The notes under the pieces are model-generated. The model was given only the letters and a program-made list of their open reading frames with translations. It had not been told where the DNA came from and did no database searches. A stretch of DNA of 34,471 nucleotides. It comes from Prasinococcaceae sp. CCMP 1430. Taxonomy: Eukaryota; Plantae; Prasinodermophyta. Both the position numbers and the translations under genes were made by a program. Shown piece by piece: positions 12,101 to 22,099 of the stretch (positions within the stretch are counted from its first letter, which is position 1; every line of letters starts with the position of its first letter). The DNA lies in contig RQSC01000028.1 of NCBI GenBank assembly GCA_013416795.1, positions 1,103,502 through 1,137,972 of the forward strand, written 5' to 3'.

Positions 12101-14016
12101 TAGCGATACATGCACCGCTGCCGGCGAAAGTACGCCCAGGTGAACCGTGCGGGCCTACTTCGCTGGCGGTTGGACGTGGCTGCAAAATCGCTCGCGCCGG
12201 GCTGTCCGCGCGCTTCCGCATCGTGGTGGCGGACAGGTGCCACAACAGGGTGAAGCACGGCGGTGCCAACGTCATTCTTGACATAGAAAGGGTTCTGACA
12301 GCCGAGGAGGAAGCCGAGGACAAAGCGGAGCTGGAACGCATCGCAGACGTCAAGGCGAGCCCCGAGCTGGCCTCACCCACGCTCGCGCTCACGCGTTCGA
12401 GCGTCCCGGATGATGTCTATGAGCTGGTGAAAGATGCTGCTGCGGCGAAGCGCGCCGGTGGCACTACCGACTGTGCCGCACCGTACGAGTCCGGAGCTAC
12501 AAGCGCTGGCTCCAGCGACGGCGCCAGTAGCAGCGGTGGTGGCAAGGAGGCCATTCCTCCACCTGCCATGGCGCGTAAGGTCAGCATCTTCCGTGCTGCA
12601 TCCATGCGTGGCTCGACGCTCGGCGGGCTGGTCGCCCGCGCGCCCGCGATGGGCGCCCGCGTGCGCAAGGTGCACCACTCGGTGAAGAAATGTACGATCA
12701 ACAACAACCACGACGGCAGCTACACGGTCCGCTGGATGACCCCTTTAGGAGGCCAGTACCGCCTGGCGATGACGGTGGACGGTGAACCGCTGGGCGGCAC
12801 GCCATGCTCTGTGGATGTGCTGCCTGGTTCCACGAGCACCTCCAAATGCATGGTCATGATCACGAGCCCACGGATTGCGGTCGCGGGGGCACCGGTGGCC
12901 GTCGCTGTAGAGGCGCGTGACCGCTTCGGCAATCGACGCGACGCGGGCGGCGACCGCTTTGCGCTGCGACTGCAGCCGCTGAGCAACTTGGATGCGATGG
13001 GCACCGACACATGGCTCATCCCGCCAATGCGCGCCGACGCCGAAGACCACGAGGATGGCACATATACGGCGACCTTCGTTCCCAAACTCTCTGTGGAATA
13101 TGCGCTTCACGTGACCTTCGTAGGCGGAGCTACAGTCGACGGCGAGGACGTCGAAGGGGTTGGGCAGACCTTCCATAGCGATCGCATCACGGTGGTTCCA
13201 GCATTGCCGCACGCGCCGAGCTGCCGCGCATGCGGCACTGGGCTGGCTTGCGCGCGCCAAGGGGTGCGCGCGGTGTTCGAGCTGCACCTGTACGACGCGC
13301 ACGGCAACGCCATCATTGAGGACGTGCCGTGCGGACCCGTCGAGGGCGACGCGGGCTTGGACGTGTACATCGAATGTGCGTCGACAGGTAGCGAGGGCGG
13401 CATTGGCGGCATTCACCGCGCGCTGTCTGGCGCCAACGGCGTTTACGAGGTGACCTGGCGGCCGAGCGGTGAGGGCCTGCACCGGGTGCATCTGAAGGTC
13501 TTCGGCGACCACGTGCCAGGGTCGCCTTTCGCGGTCAACGTCGACGGAGAGGAAATATCGCGCAAGGATTTCGACGACATGGACGAAGCTATGCTCGTGG
13601 CCGCGCGAGAGGCTGGCCGCGCGCCGCCCACACTATGGGACCCCGAGTCAAAGCCGCCCACTCGCACGCACAGGCTGCCCCTGGTGTCGCGCACGAGCGT
13701 TCCCACGGCGGCGTTGGCACCCCTCTCGCAACGCACCTCATCGTTGTGCTCGCTTGCAGCGTCGTCGTTCGACCACGAGCGGTATGCCTACCGCAAGCAG
13801 GCCACCCTCACGCACTGGGGCATCCGCAAGATGGTGTCGAGCTTTGCACCGGTCGTGCCGGCGTCGCCAAGGGCGCCCGAGGCGCTGATGAAATGGAAGG
13901 GGCGCCACAGGCGCCTCGGCGGCCCCACCATGGCGGAGCGCAAGGCGGCCAAGCCCTTCGAGAGCCCCATCGCGCACTTGGTCGGCCTCGATGTGCTTGG
14001 TGGACCCAGCACATGA
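9145..14016 (+). CDS. Large intronless protein with about 9 filamin/ABP280-type Ig repeats (alternative ATG at 8929)
   Basis: Repeating units of the form GPG..., (A/D)RD.(F/Y)GN...GG.., D(N/H).DG(T/S)Y.V, G.Y...V..DG..(I/V).GSPF from ~9930 to ~13550, flanked by low-complexity Ser/basic termini. Confidence 0.88.
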   Translation: MVLEGHGAAGGASGGMPLRACPEAEGGAPSEQATSAPADASGVGTDGGGAKAAKEAAGLARVRRLMDTGTPSPGSTRSVLPSPGLNHGARAIADSHTSVSARTSSSSDEDVEDVVPFSNSRSRWSLLRKLKTVETDERTGTITHTQNVTAHKPKAGVKSAAQSLTAKRLGKDLSYFGSALDQKGQKSKLSRLRLREGAVLANKPQGRSSISDRLRQVFGNSPVIDRLQIADIYAESSLGGRLGKTETVGTTSTFVIKSLASHIKLEPADFCVCVRRGPGSPSFFVSSASKGRKRPANHQGPQLFLVEWVPPTSGTYVISVNCCGQPVRGSPFKFAVESSRSMPQMCLMTGPGLKEQLVGTRNIFSIIARDQAQRQRSSGGDNFSATISGPGEVRGLAVCDNDDGTYDVPFHVRIPGTYTVEVALDGVAIKGSPCKVDALVGRAHARSTILSGPGIADARAGDFTSFNIQACDRYGNQLRTGGANFTAILITARSQAAVKDAASVASVTDVTLEGRSGRDNRLLGPSRGGRSTETLINDDGTIDCTKLTQRKTAPREDLSIVVIDNGDGTYKVRYRVDKCGQHLLRVALDGVTCTEHWLPVSVKSGSSHSMGCRVEGAAPHSVVAGDAVTARVVAADRFGNLRGVGGDAFKVQVKQTGGKTPGHDHEKGSHQTAQDIQVQTSVVDHGDGSYDVSWMSSLAGTYQTTVLLEGPDGRDGAGCVLGSPFPTVVTPAEAHIPVCKAAGGDVFETHSGVDSYIHLRMLDKFGNAIRQAEVKLASSVEGPGPMAVEMAQSVENGEYVVVYNSSTAGTYLIRIFDAKTDESIEGSPFQVLVYPGPVSATDCFASTRVALARGSGALCDVGEDPSKHWGEVVESVLTSMSAGVPQEFMLVARDANGNRTEIAQESGFAVELVLAQPTGDARQAALGQAIIVSADGDIDAGLAGAAAEAGLCCKGTVESEGSGEYCVRFTPAVAGEYQLHVLLDGVAIHAPLPAKVRPGEPCGPTSLAVGRGCKIARAGLSARFRIVVADRCHNRVKHGGANVILDIERVLTAEEEAEDKAELERIADVKASPELASPTLALTRSSVPDDVYELVKDAAAAKRAGGTTDCAAPYESGATSAGSSDGASSSGGGKEAIPPPAMARKVSIFRAASMRGSTLGGLVARAPAMGARVRKVHHSVKKCTINNNHDGSYTVRWMTPLGGQYRLAMTVDGEPLGGTPCSVDVLPGSTSTSKCMVMITSPRIAVAGAPVAVAVEARDRFGNRRDAGGDRFALRLQPLSNLDAMGTDTWLIPPMRADAEDHEDGTYTATFVPKLSVEYALHVTFVGGATVDGEDVEGVGQTFHSDRITVVPALPHAPSCRACGTGLACARQGVRAVFELHLYDAHGNAIIEDVPCGPVEGDAGLDVYIECASTGSEGGIGGIHRALSGANGVYEVTWRPSGEGLHRVHLKVFGDHVPGSPFAVNVDGEEISRKDFDDMDEAMLVAAREAGRAPPTLWDPESKPPTRTHRLPLVSRTSVPTAALAPLSQRTSSLCSLAASSFDHERYAYRKQATLTHWGIRKMVSSFAPVVPASPRAPEALMKWKGRHRRLGGPTMAERKAAKPFESPIAHLVGLDVLGGPST

Positions 14017-14234
14017 CCGGAGGGAGGGGTTTGGTTTTGGCCAGCGATCAGAAACGTTAACGTTGGGGGAACACCAATTGTCCGCAATTGACGCCGCGCT
14101 GTCTCCTGCGGGCAGCAGGTTGTCGGACGCCGCCACTGCGCGCGCGCGCGCGCGCTGCACATAGATCCCGCCCGAGCGACCGCGACCGCCTTCCCCAGCC
14201 CCACCGCACCCGCGCCCCCTGCCCGGCGCACGCG

Positions 14235-14984
14235 ATGGCCTCCCCGGGGCCCGCGCCGACGGGCCGCTGGCTGCCGCTCGAGAGCAACCCGGACATGCTC
14301 AACGCGTTCGCGCGGCGGCTCGGCGCGCCCGCGGGCTGGACGTTCGGCGACATCTATGGCACCGATCCGGACCTGCTCGCGTTTGTGCCACGGCCCGTCG
14401 TTGCGGTGGTGCTGCTCTTCCCGATGACGGCGGCGATCGCCAAGGCCAAGGCCGAGCAGGCGGATGAGGTCCAGGCGAAGGGGCAGCCGCACCTGCCCGC
14501 GCAGGGCACCGGCGGCGCGCCGTTCTACCTGACGCAGCACGACGGGCTCGGAAACGCTTGCGGGACAATTGCAGCTGTGCACGCGCTGGCGAACGCGCGT
14601 GCAGCGGGGCTCGCACCCACGGAAGGCTCGGTGCTGGCCACCTTCCTCGCCGAAGCCGATCCGCTGAGCGCCGATGACCGCGGCTGGGCGCTCACGCGGG
14701 CGACGGCTGTGCACGACGCGAGCGAGTCCGAGGCATCGGGCGCCAACGCACAGACGGCGTGCCCCGACCGCGACGACAAGGTCGACCATCACTTCATCGC
14801 GTTCGTGCACTGCGCCGGGCGCCTCGTCGAGTGCGACGGTCGCAAGGCGGGCCCCATTGATCATGGCCCCACCACTCCGGACACGCTCCTCGAGGACGCC
14901 TGTGCGGCCATCAAGGCCAACTTCATGGAGAAGGACCCCGACAACATGGGCTTCAATATGATGGCACTCTCGCGCACGGACTGA
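14235..14984 (+). CDS. Ubiquitin C-terminal hydrolase (peptidase C12, UCH-L3-like), 249 aa
   Basis: WLPLESNP, catalytic Cys in NACGTIA, His in HHFIAFV, Asp in ECDGRK, C-terminal FNMMAL; TGTAA at 15010-15014. Confidence 0.95.
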   Translation: MASPGPAPTGRWLPLESNPDMLNAFARRLGAPAGWTFGDIYGTDPDLLAFVPRPVVAVVLLFPMTAAIAKAKAEQADEVQAKGQPHLPAQGTGGAPFYLTQHDGLGNACGTIAAVHALANARAAGLAPTEGSVLATFLAEADPLSADDRGWALTRATAVHDASESEASGANAQTACPDRDDKVDHHFIAFVHCAGRLVECDGRKAGPIDHGPTTPDTLLEDACAAIKANFMEKDPDNMGFNMMALSRTD

Positions 14985-15128
14985 GGAACGCCAGGCGGTC
15001 GCGCGCTGCTGTAAACATACCGCTGACTGTACTAGCTAGAAGATCACACCTCGAGCGCGAGCGCGAGCGCACGCTACGCATGGTCGACACACGGACTCTC
15101 TTACGCAGCGATATAGGATTGCGTCCTG

Positions 15129-16135
15129 TCACGAGGCGCCCGCAGCGCGCGCTGTGCTCGCAGATGACGAGCGCGTGGGCGGCCTCGCACTCGCAGATGC
15201 TGTGGAGGGCCGGCTGGCCGCATCCCCGGGGGAAGCACGAGCGCCGTGAGGAGCGGCGGCGGTCCTGTTGGCAGCGGCAGCGGCGGCCGTGAAAGCCCGT
15301 TGTCCACCGAGGCGAGCCTCCTCCCGCGCTCTCTTCGCAATCGCGGCCTCGCGCTTGCGGCGCGCGCCAGCCTCGCGCTCCACCTGCTTGGCAGCCAGCT
15401 CAGCCTCGAAGCCCACCGCGCCAGGCGCACGGGCCTTCCGCCGCTCCTGAAGCTCGGTCTCTTTCCTGAGCTCCTCCTTGGCCTCGCGCGCTCTGCGCGC
15501 CGCAGCCTTCGCCTCGCGCTCCTCCCGCAGCATGCGCGCGGTCTCCGCGCGCCTCTCGAGGCGCTCCTCGAAGTGGCGATTGAATCTCGCTTCATCGCGC
15601 AGGCGCCAATCGAGGCGCTCCCTTCCAACGAGCTCGCCCCCGGCCTTGTCGCGCCACGCATTGAGCCTCTCGTATGCCTTCTCGCGGTCGAGCATGGCCA
15701 GATATTCCGAGCGCTCCTTGGCCTTCGCCAGCGCCCTAGGTCCCTTGGGACCGCCGCGAATGCGCTCTTCCTCCTCAGCCTTTGCAGCGGCGCGCGCTGC
15801 CGCGCGCGCAACCAAGCGCTCCTCTTCCTGGCGCTTGATCCGCTCCTCCCTCGCGCGCCGCGCCTTGTTCAGCCGAGACCGGCGGTGCCGACACTCCTGT
15901 CAGCGCTGCGCGCAATGCGCGCCTTCCCCGCAGAGAGAGCGCGAGCGCGGGGGAACACTCCACTAGAGCTGACATCACGTACCTCGAGGCGTTCGCGGAT
16001 CACCGCGCCGCGTTGCTTGTCCGTGGCGGCGCGGCGCTCTTCGGCCGCGCGCTCAGCGGCTGCTTTGGCTTCATGACGCTGGCGGATGCCCTCTGCGCGC
16101 GCCGCGTCCGTCGCCGCGCCGCGGGCCGCGAGCAT
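15129..16135 (-). CDS. Charged (E/R/K/A-rich) coiled-coil protein of unknown function; start uncertain
   Basis: Two ORFs join in frame across phase-0 intron 15897..15982 (GTACGT...CTGACAG): RERLE|ECRHRRSRLNKARRAREERIKRQEEERL. Confidence 0.65.
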
Positions 16136-16345
16136 GGCCTCCTCGCGTTTCAAACGCGCCCGACGCGACGCTGGCGCCGTCGCTGCGCCCAAGGCGCTCG
16201 CATCGCTCGAGCTGGCGGTGCGCAAGCTGCGCTCGCTGCTGCTGCGGGACGCACCGCCGCGATCCGTGCCACCTGAAATTCCTGCCTTCCGGATTCCGGC
16301 ATTGCTACCGAGCCGTGCCTCTGCGGCCTGCGCACGGCGCGCGCG

Positions 16346-17627
16346 GTGGCGCGCTCCGGGCTGCGCACGGGCATCGTCGGCCTGCCCAACGTTGGCAAGA
16401 GCACCATGTTCAACGCCATGGTCGAGAACGGCAAGGCAGAGGCTGCCAACTACCCCTTCTGCACGATAGGTGCGCGGCAGCGTGCTCTAGTTAGCGTATC
16501 CTCCTTCCCTACGCGTGCAAGCGCAGGGCTGACGCGCGTCGCCGCCGGCGGGCACTGTGCGCACTTCGCCTCACCTCGCGGCGCAGACTCTGTGGGGGCT
16601 GACCCAACGCCGCCCTCGCTGCCCACCAGAACCCAACGTGGGCCTCGTGACCGTCCCCGACCCGCGTCTCGCGAAGCTCGCGGATATGTCCAGCTCGGCG
16701 AAAGTCATCCCCACGACGGTCGAGTTCGTTGACATCGCCGGCCTGGTGAAGGGCGCGTCGAAGGGCGAGGGCCTCGGCAACAAGTTCCTCTCGCACATCC
16801 GCGAGGTGGACATGGTGGTGCAGATGGTCCGATGCTTCGAGGACGGCGACGTCGTCCACGTCGACGGGCGCGTCGACCCGGTGGCAGACGTCGACACCAT
16901 CAACGTGGAGCTCGCGCTGCGCGACATCGAGCAGATCGAACAGCGCCTGGAGCGACTGGGCAAGAAGGGGCGTGACAAGGAGGCCCAGGCGCGCAACGAG
17001 ATTGAGGCCGCCGCGCTGCAAAAGCTGCTTCCCGTCCTGGAGGAAGGCAAGCCCGCGCGGAACGTGGACCTCAATGATGATGAGCGCGCGCTCGTCGCCC
17101 AGCTGTGCCTGCTGACGATGAAGCCCGTCATCTACGCCGCCAACGTGTCGGAGGACGACCTCGCGGACAAGGGCGCGTCCAACGAGCACGTCGGCAAGCT
17201 GCGCGAGTACGCCGAGGCGGATGCTGCGCCGGTGGTCGTCGTTTCCGCTGCGGTGGAGGCCGAGCTCGCCGATCTCGACGACGAGGAGGCGGCGGAGTAC
17301 CTCGAGGCCCTCGGTGTCACCGAGGGTGGCCTTGGCTCGCTTGTGAACGCCACGTATTCCAAGCTCGGCCTGCGCACGTACTACACGACCGGGGAGACCG
17401 AGAGCCGCGCGTGGACAATCAAAGTTGGCGACACCGCCCCGCAAGCTGCGGGTGTCATTCACGGTGACTTCGAGCGCGGATTCATTGCTGCCGACACCAT
17501 CGCGTACGATGACTTCGTCGAGCTAGGAGGCGCAAAGGGGGCCAAGGAGGCCGGCAAGCTGCGCATCGAGGGCAAGACGTACGTTGTGGAGGACGGCGAC
17601 GTGCTTGAGTTCAAGTTCAACGTGTAG
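16346..17627 (+). CDS. ychF: YchF/OLA1-family P-loop ATPase/GTPase, bacterial (organellar) type; 5' end unresolved
   Basis: [19 protein letters not shown]|EPN across intron 16470..16629, [49 protein letters not shown]-terminal [11 protein letters not shown]. Confidence 0.95.
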
Positions 17628-17750
17628 CTGTTGTTTTCTAAATTACATAATTTACGGCGGCTTGCGCGAGTGCGAGGCGCGCGCAGCCTGACGAAAGTCG
17701 CTACCGGAGCCAGCCTCCTTCCTTCCTGCGGCCGGTGACGCCCCTTCGGA

Positions 17751-20700
17751 CTATCTCCAACGCTGCGCCCGCGTCTTCTTTGGCCGCTTGGCGGCTTGCT
17801 TGGCCGTCACGCGCTCGCCTACAACGCGCGCCTCCACGCTGCCTGGTATGGCCGCGAGCAGTGCGCGCGCGCGATTGCGCAGCATCGACGGCATCGATCG
17901 CCCAGTAGAGTCGCGGCAACGCACGCCACGGGCGATGCCCATGGCACCGCTCCCCTTGGCGCTTGCCTCGACGTCGTACACCAGCACGGTGCCCTGCGAC
18001 GCGCTGGACGCGCTGCAGCCTCTAAGCGTGGCCACCGAGCCTCGTCCCGCCGAAGCCTCCAGCGCGCCGCGCATTTCGTCTGTCAGATTGCCCTTCAGCC
18101 CGGGCGTGCGCTCCAGCCGCTCGTGCGTCAATGCGCAGAACGTGATCTCCACGGTCATGACGACCACCGTCGCGCCATTGTTGGGAGCAGGAGGCAATTC
18201 AGAGGTCTGAGCCTCCGCTTCTGACAGCACCGGCAGCCGCTCATCTAGGGCCCCGCAGGCGACCGGGTGCGATGATGCAGCCGCCGTTGAGTCGCGCGCT
18301 GACGTCGGGAGCCCATCCGCGCGCCTGCCCACTGGCGACGGCGCAGTGTCAGCCTGCGGCTCGTCTCCGTGCGACGGCTGTGCAGCCCCCGCAGCAGCGT
18401 CCCTGCGCGCGTGTTCCCCAGCAGGCCCCACCTCGAGAGGGCTAGTCCCAGACGCCGACAGCTCCGAGGAGAGAGGCGCCTCGGACCCATCCGAGGTAGC
18501 GGACGCGCCGATCCTCGCATCGGCCGACGGCCGCCTGCGGTCGTCTCGTGCGATGGCGCATGCCACGTCGATGGCCTCCACGACGATTCCACGCGCCATT
18601 GACTGGATAGCACTCAGGTTCGACGCCTTCAGCGCCGTGTCCACCTCGGCGCGGTCGCCCCGCGCCCGCTCCAGTGCAGGCAGCAGATCCCTGCCGCCGT
18701 CGAACATTTGGGCGGCCTTGGCAGAGGCAAGCACGCCACGGAGCTTGTTCTTCGCTCGCTCGAGCTTCTGCTTTACGGCCCTTCGCGTGGCGGCCTGCAT
18801 GTCACTTCGCTGCGCAGCCGAGATAAACTCGCCGCGCAGTACCATGTCCACTTGCGCGTCGATACGGTCAAGGGTGAGGCCAATCTGTTCCCACTCGTGC
18901 TGGTTGCGCTCGGAAAGGGTCTCAACGAGATTGTGCATGGCCTCGCCGCTGTTGAAGGAGAAGAGCTGCTCCATGTCCATGACTGTCCTGAAGTGCTCGT
19001 ACTCCCTGGCGCACTTGTCGCGAGCCGACTCGACGCACGGCTTCACCATAGACGCAGCCATGCTCACCGCGGCCCTGCGCTGGTCCATGAAACGAAGAGC
19101 TCGCTGCGCGGCAGCTGCGTCGACCTCGGCTGCTTCTAAACCGTCTTCACGCAGCCGTCCGAGTGCAGCCTTCGGGAGCGTTCCCGTGCGCCCATCCTTG
19201 GTGGATTGGGCGAGTTCGTCGAAGTCGTTGTAGAGCTCCATCATGCGCTCGCTCCACCTCGCCTTGTATCCATCCAGTTCGATGTCCAGATCCCGCTTCC
19301 CCAGGCCGCTCTCGAGCATCTCAATGTCGCGGACGAGCTGCTGCCTGGCGTTGGAGCGCGCGTCCACGATGCGTTGCGCGTCGATCTTCACAGAGGCAAC
19401 CTCCTGCTTCAAAGTGCTGGCGAGCTCAGTCACCACCTGCTTGCAGTCCAGGGCGAGCCGCCTCGTCTCGGGGCCCTTGCGCGTAAGCTCGTCCACGCCA
19501 CCTGGACCACGCACGAGCATGGTCAAATGTTCGGCTGTCTTCTCACGGTCGTGCTCAGCGTAGTGGGCGCGCAGCGGGCGCTCGCTGCAGCCATAGCGCG
19601 CGTAGGCGCAGTCGATAGCCACCGCACCGCAGCTCTGCGCCACGTGCGCCTCCCGCTTGGTCCAGTGCACGCGTTCCCCGCACATGCCGCACGTGCTCCA
19701 GCGCGCGCCGCACTCGACGTCGTGCCTCCCACGGAATCTGTAGCTGATGCGCTCGCCGCACATCGGGCAATTGACGCTGCGGTAGCCGCACACCAGTCTG
19801 TGCGCGTCAATCTCACCCCTGGGCAGCATCACGGGGCAGGGGTTGCCGCCATGGTCGGTGTCGTCGAAGCCACACGCGACCTTCTCGCCGGCGCACTCGA
19901 CTAAATGCCTTGCAAGCTCCTTGCGCGGGCCCTTCCAGCAGCGCGCGCCACGATTGGGACAAACGATCCATCTGTTGGGCACGCACATGCGCGCGCGTGC
20001 GCGTCGGAAAGGCAGATTTTGGCCGTTCGCGGGGAACAGGGTCAGCCGTAGCAACATCAGCCTGGCTGTCTCTGCCGCTGCTAGGGCAGCGCGCAGCGCG
20101 CACATCGACCAGCGCGCGAAGGCTGCCCTGCACCGCGCACCTGTGTCCACATATCTTCACGTGCGCGGCCAAACGGTGGACCTGCACCTGCAGGCCGCAA
20201 CCGTCGTGCGGACACGTGAGCATGCGATGCTTGCACTTCGCGCGATGCTCGTCCAACTCGTCCCTGCGCACCAGCATCTTGCAGTTTTCTGAAGCGTTGA
20301 GCGAGTGCGGAAGGCCGCACTGGACGAAAGCCTTGGGACAGTTCTGCTCGTGCTCGGCGCGGTCGGCCAGCTTGACCACCTCTGAGCATCCTTCCATGTT
20401 CATTCGAATGGCGGGAGCGCCGTCAAGGGAGGTGACGTCCAGTCCGTGACGGCACATGATGCAGCTCTCCATGAGCTGCTCGACGACAGGCGCGACGGTC
20501 TTCAACAGCTTTGCCTTGTGTGCGTCGCGGTCACCAAACTCGTGTGCAGCACACTCGCGGCAAATCGTGCGCATCACGTCAGTGTGGTCGGGCATTTCAA
20601 CGGGATCGTAGAGCACATCGGCGCACACAGGACAGATGAGCGCCTCGGCGGGCTGCGCCACGAACGCCGTCGGTGCGGGCGTGGCCGTCCCGCCCCCCTC

Positions 20701-21654
20701 TGGGAAGGAGTGGCCGTAGCTGACGAAGAGCTCCACGCCCGCGTCTTTCATGCGTGCGAGCCGCGGTCTACCTCCGTTCCATCGCAGCTCACGACGCTCC
20801 GTGCGGACGAGCTCGAGGTATTCGAGACGCCTGGCCCGCTTTGCCTCCCCCGTGGCACGGACTGCCAACGTTAAGGCCTGCGCCTTGGCGGCCAGCGTGC
20901 GCGTGCGCCGCTTTGCCGAGACGGGGCTTACTGGACCCTTGCCGCTCCGCGGCGAGTGCCGCCCAATGCCGCTTGAACCGGGCGTCCGCACGCTGCGAGA
21001 GGGAGAGCTAGTGGCTACGGTTGATGGTGAGGTGCGACGCGAGGACCCGCCGGCCTCGCTCGACCAGCTGTTGCTCAAGCCCGACAAAGCGAGGCTCGGC
21101 ACCGAGGCCGTGCTCGAGGTGATCGAAGTGGCGCTGCTATCGCTGAAGTACGAGCTGTCGCTCATGTACGAGCCGCTACCGCTGCGTTTGCCGCCACTCG
21201 CGCTGCCTTCGACGTCTGAGTGTTGAGATTGCGAGCGACTGCTGCGCGCGCTTTGATTGGCTGGCGCGCTGCTCGCCGCGTCACTTCTCGACAGCACACC
21301 TTCGTCCCCGCCGGCGGCAACCTCGGTCGCCCCGGCTTCAGGGACATCCCAGTCGCGTGCGTCGTCGCTTGCGACACCCTCTGGGTCAGCGATTTCCTCG
21401 CCGTCGTAGTCCCCGCCGTAGTCTCCGTAAGCGTCGCCGTAAGCGGCATCGTCGTAATCATCGTAGTCCCCGCCACAATCGTCGCCGGCGCCAGCCGCTC
21501 CCTCGTCTTCGCTCGCGCCCTTGCTCGCGCCGTCGCCACCGCCGCGACCGCGCGCGCTCGCGGCTCGCCCGTCATCGCCCGCCTCACCGCCCCGTCCGCC
21601 CACCACGCCCCCCCTCTTCTTTCGCCCCAGCGCCCCTCTGAGCTTTGCGAGCAT
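17751..21654 (-). CDS. TRAF-type zinc-finger repeat protein with a degenerate RING-like motif and coiled coil, ~1244 aa; exons 21654..20141 and 19971..17751
   Basis: CPVC...H...CREC followed by about 8 C-x-C-x-H-x3/4-C units. Phase-2 intron 19972..20140 (GTGCGC donor) restores KICGHR|WIVCPN. Helical region follows; TGTAA on the minus strand at 17643-17647. Confidence 0.82.
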
Positions 21655-22099
21655 CGCTCGCGCGGGCCCTCGCTGCCTCAGCTCAGCGCGGCGCGCGGCG
21701 CATGCCGCTCGCGGGCCGCGCGGCGCGTCGCTGTGGGCCGGGGGGCGCGCGCGGCCTCGCCCGCTCGCTCGCGCGGGCCGGGGAACGGACGGCGCAGAGT
21801 TCAAAGTTTTCATACAACGCAACGACCATTAAAAACAAGACGAGGTTACAAACCCTGTTTTCATTGACCTCAATTCTCAACCCTAACATCACCCCCGCGT
21901 TTCCCACCTCTCGCGACCTCCCAGGGAATCCGCGGTCGCCGTCGAACGGTCGCGAGAAAAAAAAAAACGGCAATTATTTGCGTGTTTTGGGCCGGCGCGG
22001 CGCGCGCGCACGCGAGGCGATGGGGGGCGCGCGCGGGAGATCCGCGGGAGGCGGGGATTTGGACGGGAACCACGGGAGAGTCTGCCGGCTACAACGACA

